Assembly (NCBI GenBank): GCA_951406725.2
Contig: OX597815.1
Coordinates: forward strand, 149,978,001 to 150,042,000
DNA from: Octopus vulgaris
Lineage: Eukaryota
Length of the DNA: 64,000 bases
Reading direction: 5' to 3'
Shown one piece after another: positions 1 through 12,849 of the stretch; within the stretch, counting starts at the first letter, position 1; every line of letters starts with the position of its first letter. Both the position numbers and the translations under genes were made by a program. Below the pieces are notes generated by a model that was given only the letters and a program-made list of their open reading frames with translations, did not search any database and was not told the origin of the DNA.

Positions 1-1091
1 GATGTATTTGCCGCAAAAAAGTCTATCAACTTGTAATCGTCATATATATTTATTTAGATAGTATTTATGATGAAAAATGACAGACAACACCGCCAGTTTA
101 GATTCGGTTTGTTCGAATCCACTGCTGGCTTTTCCTCATATTCAAGATGAGATCGGGAGGTGAAATGACAGAATCGTGAGAGCTTCGGACAAATTGCTTT
201 GCCGTAAAATGTGTCATTTTTAACAGTCTGTATTCATATCCCTCAAAAGTCATCCTTGAAATTCATCTTTTACGGAAGGAGAAGCTAAATACTGGTCAAA
301 AATGAGATCAGTTTAAATCGAATAAAGCCCTACCTTTTAAATTTCATGCCTTGTCACTGTGTTAGAATCACATATTATGGTTTGGCGTGAGACGATTGTT
401 AGACAGTCGGAGACAATGTTTCTCTATGTCGTTAGTCCAAATCTCACCGAAGTTAACTTTGTCATCCAGGCAAAGTACTTAGAAACATCTATATAATCGA
501 ATGCTCAATTCTTCTTGAAATTGAAACCTGGTGTTTATGTATCAAAACAACGTCTGCAGCATTTCTCTTCATTGTAAAACAACTCGTTCCTTATTTATGA
601 GTCGTCATCTGTTGAAGTCCAGACTACTGTAAGTCTTGAGAATGTCGCTGGTGTGAGACGGTAAAAGAAGAGATGCAGTGCAAAATTAGAGTGTTTCACA
701 GTGTACCATAAAGTATAGTGATGAGTTTTAATCAATGACATTTTATTTGTTTCTTTTGTTATGAAAATTACTGCAGAACAATTGTCTGTGGTAGCAAACA
801 ATAAATGATGTCTTGTTATTTGATTGTTGTATCTTCACTTCTAACGAGTTTCTAATCATTCACTCTTATATTTTGGATTTGGTAACATTTCTAAGTAAAA
901 TATGAGACCTATTTCTTTATACAATCTGTAGGTTATCAATAAATTACTTGGTGACATTTAGTTTCATAACTTTCTATGTCTGAGATTAATACCTACGGGG
1001 CTTTGTTTTTAATCTTTTCGTGATGGATAACATACCTAGCATTTAAATGATAATATCTATATTATTTACATTATTTACCATTTACGTGGGT

Positions 1092-1166
1092 CCACGGGCA
1101 TATGGTGTAGTGGATAAGAGCGCGGGCTACTAACCCCAAAATTCCGAGTTCGATTCCAAGCAGTGA

Positions 1167-1243
<77 letters not shown>

Positions 1244-1423
1244 TCGGGAAAATACCTTAGGGATGAGAACCCAGGTTCGAAATTCTCGTAGGACATCTAA
1301 TAAAGGCTGGAGAGTACATCAGCGGAAACATTGTGTTAACAACAAACAAGATGAGGAGAAATATCCGTCAAATGTAAATAATGTAAATAATGTATATAAT
1401 TTCTCGTCTCTCAAATATAGAAC
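1092..1423 (+). mobile_element. tRNA-headed SINE family H (head + (AAT)n + hammerhead-like module), copy 1
   Basis: A box TGGTGTAGTGG, B box GAGTTCGATTCC, internal (AAT)n, and a 3' body shared with copies at 40811-41126, 41152-41513 and 41934-42242. Hammerhead core decayed here (CTAATAA instead of CTGATGA). Confidence 0.85.
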
Positions 1424-1659
1424 AATAAAATCTATATTTCCCTCATACAGATCCATCAAATTTAAAGTACTTAGTTTTGAAATAAATCGAATTATTCACA
1501 AAACAAAAAGGCTAACAGACAATAAACCTTGTTATTATTAATAGGGGTCAGATATCTTGTGTATTTTGAGGTTTAAGAATTATCAAAGAAAACTCCCATC
1601 CAACCGCAAATACATTCATCACAGCAGAAATATCCCCTGTATTTGTTCTTAGTTGTACG

Positions 1660-1830
1660 TGTACCAACGTTGGCATTCACCTGATGTGTGTTGCAACGGC
1701 TCTGACCAACGAGTTCACCACGACCCTTACGAATACTGACCACATCCGACGATCCAGCTTGCAAATTAGACAACTGCCACTCTGGCTGACCAAGAGCGTC
1801 GGATTACGGGGAAGCCTTAGCCATAGTCAT
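1660..1830 (-). mobile_element. Possible 3' end remnant of an RTE-like LINE
   Basis: Minus-strand translation ...KLDRRMWSVFVRVVVNSL...* loosely resembles the RTE ORF C-terminal 'DR..W...V' motif. Weak similarity only. Confidence 0.3.
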
Positions 1831-2189
1831 GTTTAGTAAATATTCACGTGTATTTAGCAAATATTCTCTCCGTTTGCGTATTCTCAAGCATATTTAATAA
1901 TGTGATCTGGCTCAAAGATCAATATTTCAAGAAGTTATCCAATTAGTGAAGATACTTATGTTGGTATCCCAGTATGAAGCAGAAGGAAGAAATTTAAAAG
2001 CGATAAGCTGAGATTCTGCAAAAGATGCTATGTAAACTAATAATACAGTTAGCCAAAATGTTGAAACGGCGCTTCCTTTTAGGAGTATATTTTAGTGATT
2101 TATCTCTTTACTAACAAATATTCTTCAAGTTAGAAATCAGTGAAGTATATTGATATCATTAAATTACGCCATCTTCAAAGATTTGAAAC

Positions 2190-2525
2190 ACACATAAACA
2201 CACGCGCCCGCACACATACATACGCACACACACGCACGCTCACACACAAATACATAAAACTAGTAAGTGTAAAAGAATATATATATACACAGGTATATAC
2301 ACACACATATAGATATACATAGATATATACAAATACATATGTATATATATATAAACAAATGTATGTGAGCGTGTACGCGTGTGTATATGTATATATACTT
2401 TATATATATATATACATACATACGTACATACATACATACATACATACATACATACATACATACATACATACATACATACATACATACATGCATATATATA
2501 TATATACATTTGTATATGTGTATGA
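2190..2525. repeat. Compound (CA)/(TA)/(TACA)n microsatellite
   Basis: Directly visible tandem arrays; the source of spurious YIHT/MYVC ORFs. Confidence 0.95.
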
Positions 2526-2841
2526 GTTTCTATACAGGAATCAACTTTATAGGAAGCGATAGCGATACAGATGAAATAATAAATATAAAACATAACAGCA
2601 ACACAGATATTAAAACTTTACCTTAGAAATATTTTATTGGTTCTCATATCGGGTTAAGAACCCCATTACACAGACTTTAAAGATTGGGTTCTTTAACAAG
2701 AAAATCAGGATCAATTAAATCGGTTTAGGTATTGATTCATATAACACACTGATCATATACATTCTTTGCAATGATTCGTGTTACAATATTCGTATCGCTC
2801 CATCACTGTCTAACTCTCTCACTCTCTCTGTAACTTTTACA

Positions 2842-2876
<35 letters not shown>

Positions 2877-2880
2877 TCTC

Positions 2881-2911
<31 letters not shown>

Positions 2912-2998
2912 ATGTATGTATGTATGTATGTATGCATGTATGTATGGATGTATGTGTGTATGAATGCATGTATGTATGTAAGTATATGCAGGTAAGTA

Positions 2999-3180
2999 TA
3001 TGGAGTGGGTAAAACGTCACGAAGGTGTCTGAAATTATTAATTTCCTTTAGATGCCGTGGTACATTTATTTCCTAAGAATTCTGTGTATGTTGCTATGGT
3101 GTTGGTGGAAATTTAAAAACTAAAAATTAAGAAGCGAAGTGCATATTGAAACACCTTCGTGAATTTTCCTACCCTGCGTA
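2999..3180. mobile_element. Small Tc1/mariner-type MITE
   Basis: Imperfect terminal inverted repeats TGGGTAAAACGTCACGAAGGTGT ... ACACCTTCGTGAATTTTCCTACCC with TA at the edges; no coding capacity. Confidence 0.6.
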
Positions 3181-3232
3181 CAAATACACACACACACATA
3201 CGCCTGCACACACACATATATGTATGTATGTA

Positions 3233-3276
<44 letters not shown>

Positions 3277-3424
3277 CAACAATTGAGGGTAAAATTAATT
3301 AATTATTAAGTATTAGATTCTTTAAGTATTAGATTCTTTAAGTATTAGAAATAGCTGAAGAAATTTCTTTAGCTGCTATTTCTAATGAGTTCAGTATGTG
3401 GCAAAGTAATTTATTCTACTAAGC

Positions 3425-3474
<50 letters not shown>

Positions 3475-3520
3475 TATATATATATGCATATATATATATA
3501 TATATAATATATATATATAC

Positions 3521-3573
<53 letters not shown>

Positions 3574-4635
3574 GTATATATATACGTATATATATACATA
3601 TATACATACATACATACATATATACACGTTTATAAACAACAAGCATGTGTATTAGCTTGACGCTTGGGAAGGAGAGAAATTCCTTTTCTGTCTCGAGCTT
3701 ACGCTCTCCAACAGAATGGAACAAGAGGTAATATACAGATATACAGAGAGACAATAAAAAATGACTTTTGGTGCTGGCAGTCAATCGTCAATTCAAATAC
3801 ACGAATAAAATTAACGGACAACAAGAAAGCGTGCGGTTATAACCCTACCTTCTCTATCTTCGACAGGACGTCATTGACTAGTGGTATTTCATGATTGTGA
3901 AAGAGGTACACGCAACATAAACTTAATCGGTGCAGTATCTTGGCTGGATATGCGTAACCTCTTTGGAATTGTTTACCTGAGTGGCGAAAAATATTGCGTA
4001 CACATTTGATGGACATTATTTTATCGCAGATTGCAGAAAACCCAAACCTCCTGTGCGTGCGTGCGTGCGTGCGTGTCTGTGTGTGAGTTTGTGTGTTGTG
4101 TGCGTGGATGTGTCTAAGTGTCTGTGCGTGTATGTATTTGCGTGTGTGAGTCTCCAGAAGGACAAAGAAGTCGATATACAAAATATTAAATACATTTAAC
4201 GCAAAAAATGTACATATATGTTTACATATAAAATTTGTTTGACTGACACAGAATAGAAAAGATATCAGTAATTAATGGGGCTGAGTTGGAGTTTACGAGT
4301 CCAACAATTGTTTCTGGGGGTTTGCTGGTCCGAAAGAATGCTTGTAACTTGATCCCATCAACGGATGCTTCCAAGACACCAGAGATAGATGCTAGATTGG
4401 ACCCCCTCCTATAATGGTCTAGAATATCTTCCCTTTAATTCCTAATATTTCTATTCTGTAAAAATCAGACTTATTTATATGCATACATACGTATATCTGT
4501 TGTATTAAATGTGGTTAATATTTTTTATATCGTCTTTCCTAACTTCCTTGTCTTTACATTTACTCCTCTACCTGCTCAAGTTCCCTCTATTGAGCTCTAC
4601 GAAGTGTATTTTCTATACAAAGAATACCTGTCTCT

Positions 4636-4706
<71 letters not shown>

Positions 4707-4727
4707 ATACATATATATATATATATA

Positions 4728-4813
<86 letters not shown>

Positions 4814-4867
4814 ATGTGTGTGTGTGTGTGTGTGTGTGTAAACAAGAGAGACAGAGACAGAGAGAAA

Positions 4868-5032
4868 GAAGGAAAATGCCACTTGTATTTGAACACTATA
4901 CAAATATTCTTTTAAAAAAACTTTTCTTTAAATTTTTCTAAATTTAATTGTTAGTTGAAAAGTAACAATGACTGAAACCGGTACTGAAATGTTTGTTATA
5001 AAATTATTTTAACATTTTCTATCTTGACTTCC
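4868..5032 (+). repeat. Interspersed repeat (PLE pLTR-like) with hammerhead-like motif; sister of 61100-61280
   Basis: GGAAAATGCCACTTGTATTTGAACACTA...AATGACTGAAACCGGTACTG...CATTTTCTATCTTGA matches the reverse complement of 61100-61280. Confidence 0.7.
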
Positions 5033-5389
5033 ATATATATATATATATATATATACGAGCAAAAAAAATATAATATAAATGAACAAAACGCCCCCCGTCC
5101 TGTGGACGGTGCTGAGTTGTCAAACATTTAAACCAAAGTTTATCAAAACACCTTGTCCGACAGTGTCATAAGCCTTCCCTTTGTGAAACACTGATTTAAC
5201 CTAAATTTGAGACACCAGCAAAAAAAGAAATAAAGATAGACTTTTTTCTATTCCAAAGGAAAGCGATTTTATTCACAAAAATATGCAACCGAAGAGTTAG
5301 AAGAACCAGTAATGATAAGGCCATTGACTGGGAGAACAGAAAAGGAACAGGAAAGAAACAGTTTTTCACAGTTTTCAAAATCATTTTGA

Positions 5390-5618
5390 CGTAAAAATTA
5401 GGAATTCTGTAAACGAAGTCAGAACAGTACTCAAGGAGTATTTTTCATCACGGCGAAGTGAATTTTGAAAGCGGGGCCTTGCAAGTCTACCAGATAGATG
5501 GAAGAGCATAATAAAAAATGAAGGAGATTGTATTTTTGATTAAAAAGAACTTTGTTTGTCTTAAGTTTGAAAAATAACAGTATAAAAAATCGCATTAGCT
5601 ATGAGATGGGCCAACATA
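5390..5618 (+). mobile_element. mariner transposon 3' end remnant
   Basis: Translates GLASLPDRWKSIIKNEGD, the mariner C-terminal 'L..RW..CI...GDY' motif, followed by a TIR-like AAATCGCATTAGCTATGAGATGGGCCAACA-TA. Confidence 0.65.
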
Positions 5619-5639
5619 TGTATATATATATATATATAA

Positions 5640-8615
5640 AATCCTTAAATCCTTAAAAATGTTTTAGCCCGAAGGCCGCGGCCATGCTGGGGCACCACCG
5701 CTGAATGAGCTACACTAGTTTGTGAATCCACCTCTGATACGTGGCACTTGATCAACAAGGGAGTTCGATGCTGCTGCCCGCATCCGTGTCTCCTGTCGTG
5801 AGGTAGGTTCATCTGGGACTCCCAACAAGAAGAGATCCAGTTTAGTTTTAAAGAAACCCACATCCACACCATGTAAGTCTCTCAGGCATTTAGGGAGGAT
5901 GTTAAAGAGCTGTGGTCCTCTGAAACCCAAGCTGTTGCAGTATCTGGACCTGTATTTTGATGGTGATGTTGGAATCCTTGGCACCACGCAGCGGCGCCCC
6001 GTTCTGCGGTTGGAGTAACTTTGAATGCCAAAGTTTGGGACAAGACCCTCCAGGATTTTCCAGATGTATATCACTGCATATCTCTCCGCCTCCGCTCCAG
6101 GGAGAAGAGGTTTAATACCTTCAGTCTTTCCCAGTAGCTGACATTTTGCATTGAGACGATTTTCTTTGTGTAGCTTCTCTGAGTTGCTTCGAGTTCTGCT
6201 GTTTGTTTTATATTGTGTGGTGACCAAAGTTGGGAGCAGTAGTCCAAGCGGCTGAGGACAAATGTTTTCCATAGGACCATCAGTGTCTCCTTCTCTCTTG
6301 TTCTGAAAGTTCGGAGAATCCATCCAGCTAGCCGTCTGCATTTTATCACCAGATTAGCAATATGCATTTGGAAAGATGCATCATTGCTCATGTCAATGCC
6401 CAGGTCACGCACTGATTTTGACTCAGGGATTGCAATTCTTCCTGGGCCAGTGTATCCAGTCTTCACGTCATTTACCTTTGTGTGCCAGTAGCGCAGGGCC
6501 TGGAACTTACCTGCATTAAACTGCATGTTGTTGTCCTCAGCCCACCTGTATATTGTGTCCAGCTCATGTTGCAGATGCGCAATATTTTCAGGGTTTTGTA
6601 TTGCGTGGGAGACTTTTGTGTCATCTGCATAGCTAGCAAGGGTGGTCATCGTAGCAACTGAAGGCATGTCTGAAAGGGCCACTATGAACATCAGTGGCCC
6701 CAAGACAGTGCCCTGTGGGACACCGCTTGTTATTTGCGTTTCCCTGGAGGTGGCTCCATTGCTCACAACTGCCTGTTTTCTGTCTTTTAGGAAGTGGTGC
6801 AGCCACTCTCCAAGTTTCCCGCCTATGCCGAGACCACGCAGTTTGTGACAGATCATACCATGGTCGACTTTATCAAAGGCTTTTGCAAAGTCAAGATATA
6901 TTACATCCACATTTGAGCCATTTAGTAGCTGTTTCAACACCCAGTCATAGTGTTGCAGGAGCTGTGTCAGGCAGCCTCTTTGTCTCTTTGGCCGCTGGTA
7001 AAGTGGCAAAGAATTCTTCTGGGTTGTTTACTTGCCTGTGTCCTAGAGGTGTAGTGAACACACTTTGGAACTGTTCGTTCAGTATTTCACTTATCCTCGT
7101 GGGATTTTCTTTTGGAAGAGAGGTCCTATTCTCTGGTGCACTGTGGCTGTCTCTTTGGCAAACTTAAAGAAAGCTTTAGGGTTTGATTTTATATTTTCTA
7201 TTACCCAAGCTTCTTTATCTGCTCTCTCCTTTTCATGGGACTGATGTAGACTTTTCTCAGTTTCCATTAGCATTCTTTCGAGCCGAGACTTCTCACCACT
7301 TTTGGTGTGCTTGCTCAGGCGGTTTGCAATCCTTGTCCGTCGTCTCATAAGAATCCTCCTTTCTCTAGGGATCCTGTTTTTGTTCTTGTGTGTGCTGGCC
7401 CTGCACATTGGGACATATTTGTCACATATGGCTTGTATTATGGACATGAAGTGTTTGTGTTTCATGTTTATGTCCGGTGTGGAGAGACATTCAGGCCAAT
7501 CCTGTTTGAGGATCTCTTTCTCAATCGACTTCCAGTTGGCTTTATGAAAGTTTAAGTTGGAGAGATGGTGGGTGCTTCGTATAGGCTGTGTGTCTGCGGG
7601 GGCTTTTGTTCCATACATAGACAGCTCTATTATGTTGTGATCCGAGATCATTGTCGGCATCACATTAACATTATGGATAATATCCATATTGTTTGTGAAG
7701 CAGAGATCCAGTATATTATCTGCCCTTGTTGGTTGCAGAACTATTTGCTCCATGAAAGAGGTATTTGTGAGATGGAGCAGGGACTCCACCTGTGCCTGCT
7801 GATGGTGTGTCATCCCTGGGAGCATCTGCCCCCCAGGCCATTCCACATTGGGGAGGTTAAAGTCAACCATGAAGAATACACTGTTGTGCTGTTCAAGGTT
7901 GGTGATGACTTCTATTTTTGTTAGGCAGTCTTCAAACATGCCTGAGTGTTTTGGGGCGTCTGGTGGGCGATATGTAGTGCATATGACGATATTCAGTTGT
8001 CTTATGTGTACAATTTGAGTTTCACATACTGAGTTTGAATATGACAGCAGGACCTGGGGCGTGAGGTCATCTCGGATGTACATTGCAACTCCACCATGGC
8101 TCCTCCCTTTTCTATCTGTGCGTATGACTGCATATTGCGGCATGTGTATTTCTGCATCACCTATATCGGGTTCAAGATGCGTTTCTGTGAGTGCCATGCA
8201 TATAGCTTGATTTCATGTCACAAGGTCTCTCAGGAATGAAATTTTCTTTTTACAGTTTCCGCGCAGCAGCCCTCCTACATTCAGTAGAAATATTTTTGTG
8301 GTGTGTGTGTTGGTGTTGGTGTCTGTGGTGGCCATCCTGCATCTGTTGGAGGTGGCCTTATGTGGTGGTAGTTCCAGCTTTGTGCTTGTAGCCAGGTCAG
8401 CTGCTGAACAATTTTTTGTGCCATGCACAAAAAAGACTGCTGTTCAGCTGCCGCCCTTCTCACATCTGGGTGAAGCTGGCCACCTGTTGGGTTTCCGCGC
8501 ACCACATCTGCATACCGTCTTTCAGTAGTGGTCAGTGCGCTTTTTTTCCCTTCTTTTAACTTTTTGTTTCTGTTCTCCCTGAGGGAGGGACCTCTGTCTC
8601 GCGTCCGTGCGGTTT
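5640..8615 (-). mobile_element. CR1-group non-LTR retrotransposon (APE endonuclease + RT), frameshifted and internally deleted
   Basis: APE motifs ALTETHL, GGVAMY, YRPP, DFNLP, LDLCFT, SDHN (7091-8197). RT motifs YLDFAKAFDKVDH, SGVPQGTVLGP, YADDTK, LDYCSQLWSPH (6071-7009). ORF1 C-terminal remnant 8281-8615. 3' stem-loop and (AAGGATTT) tail at ~5640-5705. Confidence 0.95.
5715..8290 (-). pseudogene. Disrupted LINE ORF2 (endonuclease-reverse transcriptase)
   Basis: Split over ORFs 8213-8428, 7091-8197, 6071-7009 and 5715-6341 by frameshifts. The N-terminal RT domains are missing at ~6980. Confidence 0.9.
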
Positions 8616-8666
8616 TGGTATATATATATGTATATATATATATATACAGACAAACACACGCACACT

Positions 8667-8702
<36 letters not shown>

Positions 8703-8711
8703 AGCGTATAC

Positions 8712-8746
<35 letters not shown>

Positions 8747-8755
8747 AGCGTATAC

Positions 8756-8795
<40 letters not shown>

Positions 8796-8887
8796 GAAAA
8801 CATGTTTAAGATTGTCTTTTCTGATAATTCCTTCATTTTTGACAATGATTTCCACTTTAAAGATTAGTTGTTTACAAATCATTTGAT

Positions 8888-8937
8888 GTCAACAAATCGT
8901 TTCGTGACTCTGTTTTCCTTCCAGTCATCATCAGGAC
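8888..8937 (-). ncRNA. Type I hammerhead ribozyme-like motif (degenerate)
   Basis: Minus strand: GTC-CTGATGA-TGACT...AGTCA-C-GAAA-CG-ATT-TG-TT-GAC. Stems I, II and III can form; G10.1 appears to be missing. Confidence 0.5.
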
Positions 8938-9269
8938 TCGCATTATATTGGAAGAAAAAAAACCTGTCTTTTATTTTGCATCGTTCATTTTTTTTTTTTT
9001 TTTCGTTAATCGCAATTTTCCAAATGTTCTTTAATTGATATCAGGTTTTCTTAAATATAGTCTAGGTTTCTCTCCGGGTGTTGGTAGCGATGTTACAAAT
9101 ATGCACATACATAGACAACACGCATACAAATACACACACACACACGCACATACACTCACACACATTCTCACATGCATACACACGCACAGAAACACACACA
9201 TACGCGTAAATATTTTACATAATCATGCATATATTCATGCACACATTTTACGGAAAACGACGGTTAAAA

Positions 9270-9595
9270 GACCTTTTTCTAAATGAGGAATATACAGATG
9301 AATCACTACTCAAAGCGAAAAAAGGATTCAAACGTCCCTGAAATGGAAACAAACACATGGAAGATTACATAACCTAACTACAACAATCAGTACAACCCAG
9401 TAATACAGGGATGAGGATGAAATGTAAAATTAACGTCTCTAAAAACCAAGCAAAGGCATCAAATATTTTATAAAAGTACTCATCGATAAACCCCAAGGAA
9501 GCTGACAAGGGTGGAGCAATCGTAATTACTGAAAAAAAACACAAAGACATTGTTCTTCAAGAACTTTATGACAAACACTTGGCGCAAACTTTAGG
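9270..9595 (+). mobile_element. Penelope-like element RT N-terminal fragment
   Basis: AAGGAAGCTGACAAGGGTGGAGCAATCGTAATT at ~9495 translates KEADKGGAIVI, the PLE 'ADKG' motif. Confidence 0.7.
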
Positions 9596-9854
9596 GGCAG
9601 GCCTGACTGTGTGGGCAGAAGGTTGCTTCTCAAACACATGGTTACGAGTTCAGCCTTGTGAGTGGATTTTGTCGACGGAAAATATAGGCGACCATCGTAT
9701 ATATATATATATATATATACGCAAATATACATATAAGTGGGATGACCACTACGTGGACATACATTACGCTAGAAGTAGATCCCCTATGGTCTTACCACTA
9801 AGAAAGGAATGTTCTCAAGAAAATTTAGCAAACGTCCGAACGTAAGCGAGCAAG

Positions 9855-11065
9855 TCAAATGGAAAGAAACAAAAAACAGTGAGAGCTGTTAAGCCGAGAC
9901 GATAGAAAAATTATTCTGAACGCGAGGAAGACTAGCTTATGAAGGAGACAGTATAAGCATGTTTCTTTCATTTCGAAGGCTGTGGACAAAAAGACAGATG
10001 TGTCACGTGTCAGCGACGAGAGAGTCGAGGAGGAATGAGAACAACTCAAGAAGGGAAATGTTCTTTATGTTGTATGCCATGTTTATCTGTGTTTTTTCGT
10101 TGTGTGAAAAAAAAATTTCGTTTCTTTGTTTTTGTTTTTATGTTTTTCTTTCTCATTGTGTTCAACGTTTTTTCTATGTCCTGTACCCATATATGCATGT
10201 ATATGCTCATATATATGTAGGTATGTACATATATGTATGTATATATGCATATATGTATATATTATTATATTATTATATGTAGGTATGTACATATATGTAT
10301 GTATATATGCATATATATATATATTATTTATATTATTTATTTTATTATATGATCAAACGCCACGCATCCTTTTCCAAGTTTTATCTTAATAATTGCGATG
10401 CGCACTCTTCTACATTTACTATCTCTTCTCTGTCTATTTATTTCCCTCTCTTGTTCTTTATCCGTTCTGGTTTTTCCTCACACCCTTCCCTATTCTTCTC
10501 CTCTCCTCTTCACCGATCTCTCTCTCTCTCTCTCAGTTCTCCTACTCGACTCTCTTGTCGCTGACACGTGACGAAAGACAATCTGTCTTTCTGCCCACAA
10601 CCTGCGAAAAGAAAAAAACGTGCTTAATTCTGTCTCCCTCATAAGCTCGTTTTCCGCGCGTTCAGAATAATTTTTCTATCGTCTCGACTTAACAGCTCGC
10701 ACCGTTTGTTTTTACTATTTTTTCTTCTCACTGTCCTGATCTTTTTACTGCTTTGCTCTCAATGCCCTGTTCTTGTTTACACTTTCATTCTCCGCAAAAA
10801 ATTCGAGGTTTTATTTAACTTGGTTTGCGGGAAGGACTGTTTCAACGAATTCGCGTCTTCTTCTTGCCTGCAAAAGGTGAAGTAGATGAAACAGGGACAA
10901 CTGAAGAAGGAGAATATTCTTTATGTTGTATGTCTCGTGTCTCTCTTTGTTTCTTTCGTTGTTCGAAGAAATGTTCGTTTCTATGTTTTTGTTTTTATGT
11001 GTTCGCTTTATGCCAATCTGTTCAAAGTTTTTTTGATGTCCTGTATGCATATATGCATGTATAAC
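9855..11065. repeat. Non-coding repeat family in inverted and direct partial copies (PLE pLTR-like)
   Basis: 9870-10032 is the reverse complement of ~10540-10712; 10040-10205 repeats directly at ~10890-11062; ~10270-10665 repeats at ~12335-12700. Confidence 0.7.
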
Positions 11066-11074
11066 TACATATAT

Positions 11075-11905
11075 ATATATATAAAAATACAAAATGGGAC
11101 ACGAACGCAAACCACTCAAATAGACGACACAAAAAACGGATGGGTCATTAGAAGCCTCTAATCTTCAGTCAAGAACCGGATCATCCTCGCAATTTCGGCT
11201 GACTAATCTTGAGATCGCTCCGATCCGGCCAGCCCCAAGGAAAAACTAAGCTACGAGCATTAGATTTCTTGGAAAAAGGATCGAATGTATACGAAACAAG
11301 GACAGAAAAAGGGATGATGCCACACGAATATAAATACAAAGAACAATAATAGTAATAACAGGACAAAAACAGCGGGTGTCTTACGACTTTAGACAGTTCA
11401 ACTTAGCTTAGCTGGCGTATTTGGATAAAAATGCCTTTATGGCAGACGAAGAAATCGATGTTGTCGTGGCGGTGCTCAGAAGCCGATAGGATAGTTGACC
11501 GGCGATCACGTGAGAGGAGAAGAGAGAGAGAAAAAGGGACAAAGGAATCAAAGAGAGAGAGGAAAAGAGGGACAAAGGCACCAAAGGGAGGAGGGGAGAA
11601 GAGAGAGAAAGAAGGAATTAAAGAGGGAAGAAGAAACAGAGCGTGCTAAGGATTGGCTTGACGATAGAATCATTGAGGTGCAAAGTGAGAAAGACAGAGA
11701 AATGTGAGATGGGGGAAGAGGAGACTAAAGAATCAGAGACGAGAACAGAGAAAGCCAGAGACTAGTGAAATATAGAGAAAGCGTGTGTAGAAGTCGTACA
11801 GTAGTGGAATGCTTACATACATAAGAGAACAAGATGAACGTTACCCCGCAATAATATATGTATAAAATATATATATAAAAATACAAAATGGGATAAGAAC
11901 GCAAA
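11075..11905. repeat. Interspersed repeat with partial tandem terminal duplication; related to ~47990-48170
   Basis: TATAAAAATACAAAATGGGA...GAACGCAAAC at ~11080 and again at ~11875. The CTTGAGAT...CTAAGCT...GAGCATTAGA segment is shared with 48085-48140. Confidence 0.55.
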
Positions 11906-11926
11906 CTATGTAGGTATATCCTCTCT

Positions 11927-12333
11927 CATTACTCTTTTACTTGTTTCAGTCATTTGACTGCGGCCATGCTGGAGCACCGCCTTTAGTCGAGCAAATCGAC
12001 CCTCGGACTTATTCTTTGTAAGCCCAGTACTTATTCTATCGGTCTCTTTTGCCGAACCGCTAAGTGACGGGGACGTAAACACACTAGCATCGGTTGTCAA
12101 GCAATGCTAGGGGGACAAACACAGACACACAAACACACACACACACACATATATATATATACATATATACGACAGGCTTCTTTCAGTTTCCGTCTACCAA
12201 ATCCACTCACAAGGCATTGGTCGGCCCGGGGCTATAGCAGAAGACACTTGCCCAAGATGCCACGCAGTGGGACTGAACCCGGAACCAAGTGGTTGGTTAG
12301 CAAGCTACTTACCACACAGCCACTCCTGCGCCT
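11927..12333 (-). mobile_element. tRNA-derived CORE-type SINE family A, full-length
   Basis: Sense head AGGCGCAGGAGTGGCTGTGTGGTAAG...GGGTTCAGTCCC, CORE-like CTTGGGCAAGT, internal microsatellite, LINE-like tail GGCGGTGCTCCAGCATGGCCGCAGTCAAATGACTGAAAC. Confidence 0.9.
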
Positions 12334-12703
12334 ACATGTACATATATGTATGTATATATGCATATATTTATATATTATTTATATTATTATATGATGGAAC
12401 GCCACGCATCCGTCTCCAAGTAAGTTTTATCTTAATTGCGATGCACACTCTTCTAACTTTACTATCTCTTCTTTGTCTATTTCCTTCCCTCTTTTGTTCT
12501 TCATCCTTTCTAGCTCTCTTTCCCACCTTTCCCTATTCTTCTCCTCTCTTCTTCATCGTTCCCTCTCTCTCACTTCTCCTGCTCGACTCTCTCGTCGCAG
12601 ACAGGTGACGAAAGATAATCTGTTGTTCTGTCCACAACCTGCGAAAAGAAAAAAAACGTGCTTCTACAGTGTCCTTCATAAGCTCGTCTTCCTCGCGTTT
12701 ATA

Positions 12704-12754
<51 letters not shown>

Positions 12755-12849
12755 TTTATATGTGTGTGTGTACGTGTGTGTGTGTATGTGGGTGTGTATG
12801 CGTGTGTGTGTGTATGTGTGTGTGTACGTATATTCATGTTTTTCTTTTA

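Noticed and set aside
1096-1170. tRNA gene with ACT anticodon (also at 41050-41122 minus)
   Set aside because: Acceptor stem does not pair and the sequence is fused to a multi-copy SINE body; it is a SINE head.
3340-3386. Palindromic hairpin TTAGAAATAGC...GCTATTTCTAA with CTGAAGA
   Set aside because: No hammerhead GAAA/stem arrangement; looks like an internal palindrome of a small repeat also seen near 26175-26250.
11150-11215. Hammerhead in the 11075-11905 / 47990-48170 repeat (CTGAAGA, CTGATGA on the minus strand)
   Set aside because: No correctly placed GAAA and stem III after stem II in either copy.
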